From the NCBI RefSeq assembly GCF_910592395.1, contig NC_088308.1, positions 1,922,001 through 1,986,000 on the forward strand: a DNA stretch of 64,000 nucleotides, in the 5' to 3' direction. The notes under the pieces are model-generated. The model did not search any database, was not told the DNA's origin, and worked only from the letters and a program-made list of their open reading frames with translations. Shown here piece after piece: positions 61,644 to 64,000 of this stretch (its first letter is position 1; every line of letters begins with the position of its first letter). The stretch comes from Lineus longissimus (Eukaryota). The position numbers and the translations under genes are program-made.

Positions 61644-64000
61644 GTAGGTTTTCCACTTCCACACTTCCGGACATGTGCGTTTGTGTGTACACACTAACAG
61701 TATACAAAGTAGTGCACATAGTTTCATCAGCTGATGCAGGCTGATACAGAACTAGTGTTGCTTTGAATGTAATATGAACATAATTCGTTTAGATAGGCCC
61801 TGCTGGTATGAGATTGACAGATTCCTTTTTGAAATAACTTTTGTGGGTTGTATATATTATTTGACTTCCCACCATGACATTTTCTTTTCAGCATTTCACT
61901 TTCAGGAGCAAGTTTTGGCCAACTAGAAATTATGATTAAAATTTTTACTTCAAACTTAATGATAATGGTCTGACTACATGTCTGCTACAAGGGTCAGTCA
62001 AGTAGGACTTGATATAGTAGAACCTCTCTATTAAGGACACCGATCGGGACTGACAAGTGCTGTCCTTCATAGAGAGGTGTCCTGATTAGAGGTCAAATTG
62101 AATGGAAATTGCCAGTTTGGGATCAAAACTAGTGTCCTTAATAGAGAGGTGTCTGCTAATGGAGGTTCCATGTGCACTGTATGGGATGGTATTTTCTTCG
62201 TTGATTGCTGCGAACATTCTCTTGCAGATTTAATAAATTTATACTGCATAGAATATCTGACACCAACAACGGAACAACTATACCGAAAGGAGCTTTTTCA
62301 TGAATGAAATATCTTTAGGCTTTTGGAAAGCCTGGTATTGAATGTGCTAATGATATGGCTGAGATCATGAATGCTTTTTTTGTTGATAATAAGCCATTTT
62401 GTAAGCTTCATCAAAAAGTTCTCATCATCACAAAAGCGCAATTAAAGATTCCTCCACATGTGGGGAGCGTTTGGCACTTTCATTAAGAGACTTTAAGAAA
62501 TATCAATGAACTTTGTAAAGATAACTTTCTAATTGTTTATTAACATGTAGGTCTTGGAAAAAATAATTCAAATTGGGTGATGATCTTCGACAGTTCCATT
62601 GGATTTTTTTCTCTTCTTTAAAAAAAAGAAGAATGACCGGTGTCGCCAGTCATTACTGCTGGACCCTAGGATATTTACTCATATTATTCACAAAAATGAC
62701 AAATCACCCAAAAAGTTCATCAGAAATTTGTATTAAGAATGCATACACATGTAGAATATGATTTCGGTGAAAAGACCAGCATGTCTCCTTATCAAACAAC
62801 CTCCAAATAAACTGACATGAAAAGACACATTGACGAAATTAGACTCATCCCAGTACTTTCATCAAGCCCAATTACTCCAATTTAGGTATAATTGCCTGCT
62901 GTGGGACAACTTTCTCCTCTGCAGTAGCAAATTCTTTCCAATTACGGACAAATTACTTGATTTTTTTTCAGGATTTATGGCTGGAGCTATGTTATTATTT
63001 GGAATATTGGACGACATGGGAGTTTTAATTTGGTGGTCCTGGGCTTGATGCTTTCTATCCTGTCAGCTTCAAAAAGATGCCTGCCCCCCCCGCACCAAAG
63101 ACCACCATGGTGACCTAAAAAGAGAGGAGTACTTTAATTATTTGTGTAAATTCGATACCTGTAAAGGCCTATATGAATTATTGGAACATTTTTGAAGTGC
63201 AGTCATCACAAAGTATCTTTTTATCTTACAACTTTTCCATCATTCTCTATGTCTTATGAGATGCCCCCTGATTCAATAGCCATCCACAATTATATGAGAA
63301 TATAGGACAGTAGTACTGAGACTCATTACTACATGTATGATATGAAGCCCAATGTCCTGCAATTAGCAAACAATAGGAGACATTAATTTCATGTAATGCA
63401 ATGTGGAAATTCAAAAGTTCAATTTTGTTTGTGAAGGGGAGCGCAGCAATTTTTGAAGCCAGGGGTTGATTACACGTGACTCATTTAGTCTGGGAGGTTG
63501 GTTAAAGTTGTCATCACCTCCATTTCATCTTTTTAATAGTCAAATATATACAGAGACCCCTATTGGCAACATTGTGTAACTTTATATTGCCTACCTAGCT
63601 GCTGCCTATAGTGTCCCTTAAAGAGACAATGCAAAGGCCTGCTCTGGGTGGAAAATCAATTGCATTGTCTACAGAAGGTATCCTTGTAGGCAAAGTATAG
63701 GGCCAGCAATAGGTTTCCTGTTGGTTGGCAGTCTAGACAGCGCAGACAGAAGCACACCATGTTTCAGTGTTCACAAGTAAAGTGTGATAGCTTTGAAATG
63801 TACCTATTCTAGCAAACACCGAGTTATTTACAAAGAATAGTTTTTTGTTCAGGTGCCGCTTTGGAGAATACTTTGTTAAGGTAGACTATCAGTAACAGCT
63901 AGTAGCGTTCCATGTGGCCATACACCCACAACTTTGTACTCACGAATACGAATATGCATCAACTCAGATCTGAACCACTCTGCTACTGAGTGTTCACCCT

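Noticed and set aside
63853..63880. Candidate second BicC micro-exon (ttgttcag|gtgccg...ttaag|gtagac)
   Set aside because: Splice-like signals are present but the peptide does not match the expected BicC continuation and the downstream exon is outside the window.

Overview
Eukaryotic (invertebrate animal) genomic DNA with compact, spliced GT-AG genes; the species cannot be identified from the window. Genes, left to right: 5' part of CEP131/AZI1 (minus, runs off the left edge); a 3-exon MiD49/MiD51 (MIEF)-like Mab-21/NTase-fold protein with an N-terminal membrane anchor (plus); complete 10-exon adenylosuccinate lyase ADSL (minus), whose 3.6-kb intron 5 hosts an antisense nested two-exon gene for an uncharacterised Zn-ribbon + SAM-domain protein; ECSIT (plus, head-to-head with ADSL); complete 16-exon FNIP1/2 orthologue (minus); a 13-exon SLC6 GlyT/PROT-like amino-acid transporter (minus); and the first coding exon of Bicaudal-C (plus). 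Non-coding DNA holds a 68-bp satellite in four arrays, a composite satellite/(TA)n/56-bp palindromic-repeat element in two inverted copies, a ~700-bp TIR element in three copies (two forming a 1.4-kb palindrome), piggyBac-like and other MITEs, LINE fragments, and a ~350-bp segment duplicated upstream of both the MiD-like gene and ECSIT. Exon boundaries were read by eye and checked for reading-frame phase; homology calls come from recalled motifs, not database searches.
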